DNA of 64,000 nucleotides from Octopus sinensis (taxonomy: Eukaryota), in NCBI RefSeq assembly GCF_006345805.1, contig NC_043013.1, positions 19,096,001 to 19,160,000 on the forward strand. Reading direction: 5' to 3'. Position 1 is the stretch's first letter; each line of letters opens with the position of its first letter. Both the position numbers and the translations under genes were made by a program. The notes below the pieces were generated by a model that had not been told where the DNA came from, did no database searches, and worked only from the letters and a program-made list of their open reading frames with translations. Positions 26,997 to 38,703 of the stretch are shown piece after piece.

Positions 26997-27347
26997 CCTT
27001 TTGATCGGCTTGAAATCAACATTGGCCCTAGTCTGAGAATCCAGTTTCGCTCGTTGTTGTTGTTAATAATGATGCTGTTGGAGACGACGACGGTCGTGGT
27101 GACGGAGAGACGACAGGGACGACAATTGCGACGGACGTAGCAGCAGCAGAAACAACCAGACAAGAACATAGAGTAATCATCGGGTAGAACCAATGTTGCG
27201 TTTTTTTTATGGCCAGACAGGTAGGTTTCTAGCCGCAACCGTCGCCCACCTCTCTCTCAACCGTTCATCGCCGCCAGCTTTAATATTGGTTGGTGAACGA
27301 AGGAGAGGAAAAATCACAACATCTTCGATAGCAAAGTTACCCACGGA
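26997..27347 (-). promoter_or_regulatory. CpG-rich 5'UTR/promoter-like region of the EFCAB14 homolog
   Basis: Locally GC- and CpG-rich, non-repetitive, directly upstream of the ATG, with a YY1-like aagctggcggc. Function is inferred. Confidence 0.5.
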
Positions 27348-27621
27348 GTTCGAAGGTTATATGGATACAGTTTGTGTATCAAATAGCTAACTTAAGGCGA
27401 TGGCCTCATGGAGCTAATAAGCGGACAGCTTTTTTCTTATTTTTATAAGAATGCCATATTAGTATGGCGATAACTATTATTTTCCGGGAACGCTGCCGCT
27501 GTTCTCTTTTAGAGAGACTTAGTTATTTTAATATTTCTATTATCGAATACAAGTGGATGTATTCCACCGAAACTAGGTAAATAAAACCATCGAACAGAGA
27601 TTGTCGGTAGCGACACCTACT

Positions 27622-27681
27622 GGCTGGCTACGCTGCATTGAAAAGGGGCAATACCCCGAAACGCGTCTGTAGCTGCCGGTC
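27622..27681 (+). ncRNA. Type I hammerhead ribozyme, U3-A8 variant
   Basis: GGCUGGC-UAC-GCUGCA [UUGAAAA] GGGG-CAAUA-CCCC [GAA] ACGCGU [C] UGUAGC-U-GCCGGUC. Helix I is 6+7 bp around an internal loop, helix II is 4 bp, helix III is palindromic, and the GUC site is at 27665-27667. Confidence 0.8.
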
Positions 27682-27984
27682 AAGTAGTGTGGAGCGACTG
27701 ACCTCCCTTGTTCGAAGGTTATATGGATACAGTTTGTGTATCAAATAGCTAACTTAAGGCGATGGCCTCATGGAGCTAATAAGCGGACAGCTTTTTTCTT
27801 ATTTTTATAAGAATGCCATATTAGTATGGCGATAACTATTATTTTCCGGGAACGCTGCCGCTGTTCTCTTTTAGAGAGACTTAGTTATTTTAATATTTCT
27901 TCTATTATCGAATACAAGTGGATGTATTCCACCGAAACTAGTTAAATAAACCATCGAACAGAGATTGTCGTAGCGACACCTACT

Positions 27985-28043
27985 GGCTGGCTACGCTGCA
28001 TTGAAAAGGGGCAATACCCCGAAACGCTCTGTAGCTGCCGGTC
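27985..28043 (+). ncRNA. Second array hammerhead with a 1-nt deletion in helix III (ACGCU)
   Basis: Identical to 27622-27681 except for a missing G. Could be a real lesion or a sequencing indel. Confidence 0.6.
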
Positions 28044-28305
28044 AAGTAGTGTGGAGCGACTGACCTCCCTTGTTCGAAGGTTATATGGATACAGTTTGTG
28101 TATCAAATAGCTAACTTAAGGCGATGGCCTCATGGAGCTAATAAGCGGACAGCTTTTTTCTTATTTTTATAAGAATGCCATATTAGTATGGCGATAACTA
28201 TTATTTTCCGGGAACGCTGCCGCTGTTCTCTTTTAGAGAGACTTAGTTATTTTAATATTTCTATTACATATATATATATATACATAATCATATATATACA
28301 TAATC

Positions 28306-28336
<31 letters not shown>

Positions 28337-28342
28337 TATATA

Positions 28343-29320
28343 CAAACTCGACTTAAAGAATTCCACAGTGCTGAAATATGCAGATGACATCAAGCTGTAC
28401 CTCGAAATAAAGAGGTCAGATCCTGTACACTATAGATCTCTATTGCAAGCAGACCTGGACACAATGCAGCAGTGGATCATGGACTGGCAACTCAAGCTGG
28501 CTGTGGACAAATGTACCACCATGCATTTTGGGAGGAGAAACCCAGCGTCCACTTACTCCCTCCACAACACTAATCTCAAAAAGTCTTCGTGTGAACGTGA
28601 CCTGGGTGTTATTGTCGACAGCGATTTGCGTTGGACAAAACACATCGCTAAAATTGCCAAGAAGGCTGAGGGTGTCTTGGTATCACTCACCAAGTCCTTT
28701 GTGAGCCGCTCTCCGGCTATCTATCTGCGGCTTTATATAGCTATGGTAAGACCTCACATGGAATTTGCATCACCGGTCTGGAACCCCTATCTTGCCCAGG
28801 ATATTAATCGTCTTGAAGCCGTTCAGCGACGTGCAACCAAAAGAATACCCTCCATCAGGCATTTACCATATTCAGAACGCCTTACTTCTCCGGGCATGGA
28901 CACATTGAAACTCCGACGTCTGGCAGCTGACTTGGCAGACACCCATGAAATTATTAACCATCTTACAAACAATAACTCTGAGCACCTTTTCAAACTCCAC
29001 CCATCTAACACCCCTGGACGTATTTACAAAGTCAGAAAACAGCACAGCTCCCATGACTTTAGGAAACATTTTTTCACGTTGAGAGTTGCTGAAGCATGGA
29101 ACAAACTGCCGGCATCAATTGTTGGTTGTCGGAGCAGTGCATCCTTCAAAACTTCCATGCTTTCTGAGATTCGCCAACACTACACCTGATTTTCTCCCCT
29201 CCATACACACACAAGCATGTATCTGACTCATACATTGTTCGCTTTCCAGGCTTTATACGCACTTTCTGACAAGTTGTGGTGCACCTGAGCACTGTATACA
29301 ATAATTTCATTATATATTAT
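28343..29320 (+). mobile_element. 5'-truncated CR1-clade LINE: RT C-terminal part and 3'UTR
   Basis: KYADDIKL, ERDLGVIVD, RPHMEFASPVWNPY, LEAVQRRATK and HFFTLRVAEAWNKLP in one open frame to a stop at 29189. Confidence 0.92.
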
Positions 29321-29789
29321 ATATATACATATGTGTATATGTATCTGTGTGTCTGTCTTGTATGTCTATTTGTATGTAGGTAGGTAGGTATGTAAGTAAA
29401 TACGTATGCATGTTTGAGCGTATTTAATTGCATTCAGTCTATGATAATAGCCAGTCAACTAATTTGCCTATTGTTAGATATTCATATACTTTGAACTCGT
29501 TTTTTTCCTTTTTTCAATGACATAGAGAATCGAGAAACTTGGATTTCATTGTACGCAAAAATTCTTTTCTCACTTTATCATCTCCCACTATCACTCTTTC
29601 ATGCAGTCATTCCCTTACTCTCACTCTCTCTCTCTCTCTCTAGCTCTCGTCTTCCTCTCTCTCTCTGTCACGTATTCGTTTCTTCTTCTCTCTTCTATGT
29701 ATGAATGTGTATGTATATATAAATATAAGTATATAAACATGTATGTATATATATATTTGTGTATGTATATATATATATGTATGTATATA

Positions 29790-29827
<38 letters not shown>

Positions 29828-29844
29828 ATATATCTATATGTATG

Positions 29845-29879
<35 letters not shown>

Positions 29880-29979
29880 TATATATATAAAAACATATAT
29901 ATATTAACATATATATATATATGATGTATATATATAACTATAAACTATATATATTATAATATTATATATTATATATATA

Positions 29980-30022
<43 letters not shown>

Positions 30023-30402
30023 CATCCATGTAATTGTATATTTTTGAAAGTAGATAAATAGAGAGATACGAAGGTAAATAACGAGATTGATTGATAGAAA
30101 AAGAGAGAGAGAGAGAGATCCAATTGTCAGAAAAGCGGAGATGGTCACGACTGTTTCAGTGCTGGCCTGTGTTTAAAAAATTGCATACAGAACCAGGAAG
30201 AACACAACAAATAAATCAGTCAGAGAAAAGCTATGAGTGAAAATAAGTTTGTAATGCCAAAGCCTTTGGCACGAGATCTGCTCTACTGGGGTTTAGCTGG
30301 TGTTGAACAAGATGGAAAAGACGTAAAAGAAGGAAAAGTAGATAAAAATGAAAAAGAATTATGAAAACAATCACCAAAACGACTATAGTATTCTATATTT
30401 AC

Positions 30403-30469
30403 CTGCATACAGCAATTCCGTTTTCTTCCACACAGTCTCTGGAAGTTCCACATGGACAACCAACATTAA
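30403..30469 (-). CDS. Host gene exon: Cys-rich EGF-like segment (NVGCPCGTSRDCVEENGIAVCR)
   Basis: Acceptor ttgttcttttttcAG and donor CAG|GTAAAT. 67 nt, phase 1-2, which matches the phase 2 entry of the mucin exon. Confidence 0.8.
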
Positions 30470-30767
30470 CTGAAAAAAGAACAAATATAATATATATATA
30501 TATATATATATCTATAATATACATACATAGGTATAATATAAATGCATACATACATACATAAGCACACCCTCACATCACACACCACACACCCACACACACA
30601 CCACCACACACCACACACACCACACACATATATATATATATATACATACATACAAACATACATACACACACGGTTTTCCTCTAACGGAATAATGACATAC
30701 ATACATACGTAAGTGTGTGTGTGTGTGTGTGTATGTGTGAGTGTTTGTATGTGTGCGTGTGTGAGTG

Positions 30768-30806
<39 letters not shown>

Positions 30807-30899
30807 TAGCTGTCTACTCGTGGCAGAGGAAGACCATCACTATCATTAAAAAAATCAGTGGAAATTTCTACATTAAACATGTAACTACGTCCAGGTTTT

Positions 30900-31400
30900 G
30901 ATGGACATACACTTTTTCAGATACCGCAGACGAAACTTCCCATATTCCTGAAAGAGGCGGTGCGCTTTCGAGTTTTCTTGAGTTCAGCAAACAAAATACC
31001 TCTTCCTTCAGAAGTACCCACTCTTTTTTTTACACCCGTGTCTCCTATCTGTGGCAGTGACAAGACTAATTTTCCAACTAACATCTGTACCTCACATGCT
31101 TTCAACGAGGATTTTATGCAATCCTTACACCGTGGTCTTGGTTTCTTTTGGCAATGCTTCCCACAGACAAGTTCACCATATGGCACCTGTTTAGGAATCC
31201 ACTGATCTTACGTCCAAACAAGGCGTCTAGTCCAGCGTAATTGTTGCTTAAGTACCATCGTCTCAATGCCCAGGACGTCGGCTCTCCTCCAGACATCTGT
31301 ACCTGGCGTCAACAAGGACCAGCCAACATTCAGAGTGTGTCGCAGATATCCCTGACTGACGCGTTTAACAGTCCTTACGTAGTAGATGCAAAACTTTCAT
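30900..31400 (-). mobile_element. RTE/BovB-like LINE C-terminal relic
   Basis: QQLRW...IPKQVPYGELVCGKHCQKKPRPRCKDCIKSSLKAC. Confidence 0.7.
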
Positions 31401-31607
31401 GTCTCATATGAGTAAAAACCCGACTTCAGCACACAGGTACGGTACTAAGCTGTTATCAGACACAAAACTGAAGAGTCCTGAAGGAATCAGTTTCCTTCTG
31501 AAGCCTTAAAGATATCACATCATCCAAACAGTGCGAGCGTGTGCGCACGGACACGCTTACACACAGACTGATATATATATATATATTTGTATATATCTAT
31601 ATGTATG

Positions 31608-31647
<40 letters not shown>

Positions 31648-31738
31648 TATAAAAACATATATATATTACATATATATATATATTCTATGTATATATATAT
31701 AAACAATATTATATATATATATATATATATATCTATAT

Positions 31739-31777
<39 letters not shown>

Positions 31778-32155
31778 CATCCAATGTAATTGTATATTTT
31801 TGAAAGTAGATAAATAGAGAGATACGAAGGTAAATAACGAGATTGATTGATAGAAAAAGAGAGAGAGAGAAGATCCAATTGTCAGAAAAGCGGAGATGGT
31901 CACGACTGTTTCAGTGCTGGCCTGTTTTTAAAAAATTGCATACAGAACCAGGAAGAACACAACAAATAAATCAGTCAGAGAAAAGCTATGAGTGAAAATA
32001 AGTTTGTAAGCCAAAGCCTTTGGCACGAGATCTGCTCTACTGGGGTTTAGCTGGTGTTGAACAAGATGGAAAAGACGTAAAAGAAGGAAAAGTAGATAAA
32101 AATGAAAAAGAATTATGAAAACAATCACCAAAACGACTATAGTATTCTATATTAC

Positions 32156-32222
32156 CTGCATACAGCAATTCCGTTTTCTTCCACACAGTCTCTGGAAGTT
32201 CCACATGGACAACCAACTTAAA
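32156..32222 (-). pseudogene. Duplicate of the EGF-like exon with an in-frame TAA
   Basis: Same 67-nt exon within the 1.75-kb tandem duplication, but it starts TTTAAG instead of TTAATG. Confidence 0.6.
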
Positions 32223-32236
32223 CTGAAAAAAGAACA

Positions 32237-32270
<34 letters not shown>

Positions 32271-32639
32271 CATACATGGTATAATATAAATGCATACATC
32301 ATACATAAGCACACTCACTCACACACACACACACACACACACACACCCACACACACCCACACAGCACACATATATATATATATATATACATACATACAAA
32401 CATACATAACACACACGGTTTTCCTCTAACGGAATAATGACATCATACATACGTAAGTGTGTTTGTGGTGTTGGTGTATGTGTGAGTGTTTGTGTGTGCG
32501 TGTGTGAGTGTTAGTGTGTGTGTTGTGTGTGTGTGTGTGTGTGTGTGATAGCGGTCTACTCGTGGCAGAGGAAGACCATCACTATCATTAAAAAAATCAG
32601 TGGAAATTTCTACATTAAACATGTAACTACGTCCATGTT

Positions 32640-33120
32640 TTGATGGACATACACTTTTTCAGATACGCAGACGAAACTTCCCATATTCCTGAAAGAGGCG
32701 GTGCGCTTTCCGAGTTTTCTTGAGTTCAGCAAACAAAATACCTCTTCCTTCAGAAGTACCCACTCTTTTTTTTACACCCGTGTCCCTATCTGTGGCAGTG
32801 ACAAGACTAATTTTCCAACTAACATCTGTACCTCACATGCTTTCAACGAGGATTTTATGCATCCTTACAACGTGTCTTGGTTTCTTTTGGCAATGCTTCC
32901 CACAGACAAGTTCACCATATGGCACCTGTTTAGGAATCCACTGATCTTACGTCCAAACAAGGCGTCTAGTCCAGCGTAATTGTTGCTTAAGTACCATCGT
33001 CTCAATGCCAGGACGTCGGCTCTCCTCCAGACATCTGTACCTGGCGTCAACAAGGACCAGCCAACATTCAGAGTGTGTCGCAGATATCCCTGACTGACGC
33101 GTTTTTAAAAACAGTCCTTA
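32640..33120 (-). mobile_element. Duplicate of the RTE/BovB-like relic
   Basis: Part of the 1.75-kb tandem duplication. Confidence 0.7.
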
Positions 33121-33357
33121 CGTAGTAGATGCAAAACTTTCATGTCTCATATGAGTAAAAAAAAACCCGACTTCAGCACACAGGTACGGTACTAAGCTGT
33201 TATCAGACACAAAACTGAAGAGTCCTGAAGGAATCAGTTTCCTTCTGACCTTAAAATATCACATCATCCAAACAGTGCGAGCGTGTGCGCACGGACACTC
33301 TTACACACAGACGATATGAAAAATATATATATATTATATATATATACACAGACACAG

Positions 33358-33432
<75 letters not shown>

Positions 33433-33752
33433 GACTTTTGGATTTTACTCAAGGGATATTGGAATATTACACATATATACCATTATGCATATAAAACGGA
33501 TTTATGAACTTAATAACCATACATATCTTACATCTGTTTTCTTTCCTCCACCTCACTCTCTATTTGTATCACATCGAATCTAACTATGACTTAATTTTCC
33601 TCTCACACCTTCTCCAATTAAGGGATATTATTATTAATTAATATTCTACAAACAGCTATAAGACCTTCTATCTATAAATGCTCTAATATCTATACAGCCT
33701 TGGTTTTTTTTTATCTCCATACGCAAAAAATTCATATATATATATATATATA

Positions 33753-34790
33753 CTAGCATTAAAGACCCGTCGTTGCCGGGTCGTAGTGCTAGTGCATGTA
33801 TATATGTATATATATATATGTGTACATATTACATGTGCATCTATATATATACATCTACACATAAAATACAAAATACAAAGTTATATCTTGATATCGCTAG
33901 TGATAACAATACTCAAAATATATAACAGACTGGAATTGTTAGCCCGCCTCTTGTAATTTCGATCTTGTCCTCCCTCTTGTATAGAAGTGTGGCTACAATC
34001 CAGCCTACCTCTACTTCGGGGCGGGGGGGGGAGTCATTTAAAATTTTTTTCCGGGACGTTCTACGTCCCAAATATAAAGGTAAAAATAACATATTTCCAC
34101 TTTGCAAGTTCGAGTCAAGTACTCCCTTGCACGCTCCGTTGATTCGAACCTTGCTTCTATTATGGCGAATTTACCGCCTCTGATTAGATACCTTTCATAG
34201 TCGCACCAAGATACTTTTCGAAGGCGCTTTCCTCCATTTGTTCAAATCTTCTTTTTTCTCTACATTGTATACTTTATAGACAATAGTCTTTTTTTTAATT
34301 TAATTTTTTATTATCCATCTGGACTATTCCATTTCTGCACGCTGATTTTATTTTTAATTTATTCCCATTCATGTAAAACCACTTATTCAAGTTCAAGTTA
34401 TTGATGCAATTTTATACCAATTGCTATTTTTACTTTTGTTATGTTACGATTATATTATACTTTAGTTTGATTTTAATTATTACTTACTACACATAATTCA
34501 ATTGTTATTATCATTTTTATTGTTAAAGTGAAAGTATCTGACATAAAATAGAGAAATGTTTTTGTTTCACTTTTAACACGTAATACTGAAATAGTGGAGA
34601 AGATATGATTTGCTATGGGCTCGCTCTAGGCAAGAAGTTGAACATTTGTTTTGCCCATGAAACGACATGGACCCTAAGTAAAGCATGTGTAAAATTTGAA
34701 TGAAATTGGTTGTGTAGTTCTCAAGTTTTAGGGAAACACACACAGAGACAGACACAGGACAGACAGACACACATTCTCAGTTATATATAC
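33753..34790 (-). mobile_element. Non-autonomous Helitron-like element
   Basis: Hairpin gacccg-cgggtc with CTAG|T at one end and tatataactgagaatgtg plus (GACA)n at the other. Confidence 0.55.
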
Positions 34791-34796
34791 TCTCTT

Positions 34797-35189
34797 TTTT
34801 TCTCTTTTACTCTTTTACTTGTTTCAGTCATTTGACTGCGGCCATGCTGGAGCACCGCCTTTAGTAGATCAAATCGACCCCGGGACTTATTCTTTGTAGG
34901 CCCAGTACTTATTCTATCGGTCTCTTTTGCCGAACCGCTAAGTGACGGGGACGTAAACAAGCAATGCTAGGGGGACAAACACAGACACACAAACACACAC
35001 ATATATATATATATATACATATATACGACAGGCTTCTTTCAGTTTCTGTCTACCAAATCCACTCACAAGGCATTGGTCGGCCCGGGGCTATAGCAGAAGA
35101 CACATGCCCAAGATGCCGCGCAGTGGGACTGAACCCGGAACCATATGGTTGGTTAGCAAGCTACTTACGACACAGCCACTCCTGCGCCT
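34797..35189 (-). mobile_element. SINE family A, full length
   Basis: Matches 24899-25302. Confidence 0.85.
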
Positions 35190-35455
35190 ATATATATATA
35201 TATATCGGATGAAAAAGTAAAAGAGAGAGAGAGAGAGAGAAGGAGAGAGGAAGAGTGAGACAGAGAGGGAGAACTGACTATTAACTGAAGTTCGTAAATA
35301 ATAATGGCTTTAATTGCGATTTTCTCCTGAAGATTTGATGATTCAGGGGACTATGCGATTGTTGACAAAGAACTACTGTACAGCACATCAGTATTCGCTT
35401 GTGGAACACGTGTAAAGAGATTACGTAATTTATGACGTAACCTGGTCAGTAAATG

Positions 35456-35507
<52 letters not shown>

Positions 35508-35825
35508 ATATATATATGTATGTATATATATATATGTACACACATACATACATACATACATACATATTATATATATATGTATATATGTATGTACACACAT
35601 ACATATATATATGTATATATAAATAAATGAAAAATGGAGTTGAACGACGAATTAACAAAATAGCACGTGATCTCTGCCCTAGGCATGTAGCTTCAACCGT
35701 GTTTTTCTGGCGAGAATTTTCTACCCAGGTATCGGTTAACCGAATTATCCATAAGATAATTCATTCAACTACTCAATTATATGTATATATATATAATATA
35801 TATGTACACACATACATATATATAT

Positions 35826-35859
<34 letters not shown>

Positions 35860-36504
35860 ATAATATATAATGTATGCGTGCATGCATTTTCACTCACAAA
35901 GAGCTTGAACAATGTAGAAGTCAGTTGATTTGAGTACAAATCTATTAACCTTGATATGTCAAATAGTATTAAGCTAAAGAATTTTGATTAGATAAACTAC
36001 ATAATTAATTAGTTGTATAACTAGCTAGTATTAAATAATTAGGTAATCTCAACACGATCACTTTGAGGTGTGCCTGTTATTACATGTTACACTATCAGTT
36101 ACTTAATTCTTGCGCAAGTCTATGGTTAAAACAATTACAAGCATGATCAGCTGATCTTTTACCTCAGGAAATACACGTGTGAATGCTTCTGGGTTTTTAA
36201 AAAGCATATGCAATTGGTGCGAGAATTTGGCTGTTGTTTCTTGCATGTCGAGCGAGCAATGAAGTGTCTATTTGCACTGCTATGCAAATCAGACATACCA
36301 GTATAGGTGTTTCGATTTGCATTTACTATAAATAGTTAGACACTACTCGTCGCCTCGTAGAGAGGAGATCTGTAATTTCTCGTTGAGTGAATTTCAAACA
36401 GGAAAAAAATATATTTTAAAAGTTATATTCACGCATGCATTCGCATTTATGCACACATGTACGTAACATTGAACACACAGAGAGCTGTATATATATATAT
36501 ATAT

Positions 36505-36735
36505 GGGCAGCGAGCTGGCAGAAACGTTAGCACGCCGGGCGAAATACGTTGCCGTATTTCGTTTGCCGTTACGTTCCGAGTTCAAATTCTGCCGAGGTCG
36601 ACTTTGCCTTTCATCCTTCCGGGGTCGATAAATTAAGTACCAGTTACGCACTGGGGTCGATGTAATCGACTTAATCCGTTTGTCTGTCCTTGTTTGTCTC
36701 CTCTGTGTTTAGCCCCTTGTGGGTAGTAAAGAAAT
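36505..36735 (+). mobile_element. tRNA-derived SINE family B, full length
   Basis: ggcagcgagctggcagaaacgttagcacgccgggcg, B-box gagttcaaattc, then gtcgactttgcctttcatcc. Confidence 0.85.
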
Positions 36736-36949
36736 ATATATATATATATGGGTATAAAACAAAAGGAAGCAATACTAAAGTTTTGTAACTATTTCTAGCA
36801 TTTATTGTAGACCTGAGAAGATGACTCAGATTTTCGAGCATTGTCACTGTTAATGAAATTCTCAGAAATAGCAGAAAATAAAGCGTCATGTTATTTTTAA
36901 AACATTTGACTTTGTGAGAAGGTCGTTGAGGTCTTTTTGGTTGGGGTAG

Positions 36950-37085
36950 TACGGATATAACTTTGTATTTTGTATTTTATGTGTAGATGTATATATATAG
37001 ATGTACACGTAATATGTACACATATATATACACATATATATATGCACTAGCACTATGACCCGGCAACGATGGGTCATAATGCTAT
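36950..37085 (+). mobile_element. Fragment of the same Helitron-like family (3' end)
   Basis: Reverse complement match to 33753-33890. Confidence 0.55.
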
Positions 37086-37244
37086 ATATATATATATATA
37101 TATTATATTAAATTAGAGACAAAACCACTATTATGCAAATCAAACAAAGAAAGACTTAAGCCAATACATAAAATAATTTATATAAATTTAGAAATTTAAC
37201 AATTATAAATAACTATAAATAATTATAAATATATATATATATAT

Positions 37245-37475
37245 GAGGTCTTTTGGGTTGGGGCATCGCCTTGGAGTGCTTAATCGAATAAATCGACCCC
37301 ACTCGCTTCTTTTTATAGTCTTGTATTTATTACATCGGAGCTTTTTAGCCGAACCGCTAAGTTGCGGGTGCTTGAAGAAACAAACACTTGTTGTCAAGTA
37401 GTGATGGGGGACGACGACAAACGCAAAGACGCACACAAGATGTGTTTTGCTGCTTCGTGGGTAGGCTGCGCTTAT
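37245..37475 (-). mobile_element. SINE family A, diverged fragment
   Basis: ttagccgaaccgctaagttgc...ttgtcaag. Confidence 0.5.
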
Positions 37476-37759
37476 AGGTGTAAGAGAATATATTGTCATC
37501 AATGTGTCTTGTGTTAAAACACCTGGAAGTCATAGATAAGCAAAATACCTCGCATCAGGTCCCGTTACAGGAGCCATAGACATCAATGTTTTGTCATTTT
37601 TTTGTGACCTGTCAATACCGCATACCCAAAACGAAGCCAAACGCAAGCTAAATCGCTGTCTATGACTATATGCAAAATGGTGCGAGAAGAATCCTTTCAT
37701 GTAGCTTCTGTCGAATCACATGATAAAATTAAGTAATTCTGTAATGGACTAGCGTCTCA

Positions 37760-38700
37760 TCCAGTGGTGATGTGAGGAAATATGTATAACACTGACACAA
37801 TGACACACGTGCTTCAAACAACTGCTTCTTCTGCATGACTGACCCTTCCAAACGTCGAGATGGCAAGAATGCACCTGCTATCATATATCTAAACCTTCTA
37901 TCATCAATCCTCCCTGTGTCACACTGCCCTGAGTTCCCAGTACTTACTCCTCCAAAGAGAGAGAGAGAGAGAGAGAGAGAGCAGCCAACTTCAGCAGAGA
38001 GCAACACACCTGAAAAGTTTGAAACCGTTGATCCAGCTTTCAGAGGTGCAGCTAACGAGAGAAAGCCGTACTACCCCAACCAAAAATACCTCAAAGACCT
38101 TATCAGAGATCTTAGTTTCACAAAGTCCAATGTTGAACTTTGACATCGAAACTCCGGCAGTAGAATTTGTTACATGAAGGTGTGCAAGTCACAAGTCAGA
38201 GAAAGCGCAACCAGTATTTTACAAGTTTTTACACCAGTCAAGATGGGCTTTGCCTATGTCACAATATGACTGGTCTATTTGAGGCTATTGGAATCGTTTG
38301 TAACCCCAGCGAGTGGCGCCTCTTCATTGACAGCTCATCCAAAAAGAAAAAAAAATCAAATGGAAGCCGCTGTTAGACCCCCGGAAAGTATTGTTTACTC
38401 CACTGCATATAAAATTGGGTGTTATGGAACAGTATGTTTCGGCTCTAGATCAGGAGTCTGCAGCCTTCAGATATCTTAAAGACTAGTCTTCGTCAGACCA
38501 CAAATAAAGAAGAATGCAAGGAATTCCCCAAGAAGCTCACTGAAACGGAGGAATCAGTGTGGAACAGGTTTGTTGCTGTGGTTCGATGGTTCCTGGGAAA
38601 TCCCAAAGCTGTAAACTATGTAGAACTTGTTGAGACGTTGGTGAAAAACTACGGCAAAATGGGCTGCAGGATGTCCCTCAAAGTCCACATACTTATTTTT
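37760..38700 (+). mobile_element. Decayed DNA transposase (Chapaev3-like, superfamily tentative)
   Basis: EWRLFIDSS, PLHIKLGVMEQYVSALD and FLGNPKAVNYVELVETLVKNYGKMGCRMSLKVHIL across several frames. Confidence 0.7.
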
Positions 38701-38703
38701 ATT

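Larger units (their letters stand above)
27348..28266 (+). repeat. Tandem array of about 2.5 units of 362 bp, with a type I hammerhead in each complete unit (retrozyme or PLE pLTR-like)
   Basis: The anchor atgccatattagtatggc recurs at 27451, 27813 and 28175. Hammerhead motifs at 27622-27681 and 27985-28043. Confidence 0.88.
29690..33310. repeat. Tandem duplication of a unit of about 1.75 kb containing the EGF-like exon and an RTE relic
   Basis: Anchors at 30051/31807 and 31547/33291. Confidence 0.9.

Noticed and set aside
35290-35450. Possible SEA-like exon (YVINYVISL or LRHKLRNLF frames)
   Set aside because: No frame is both open and bounded by a good donor.
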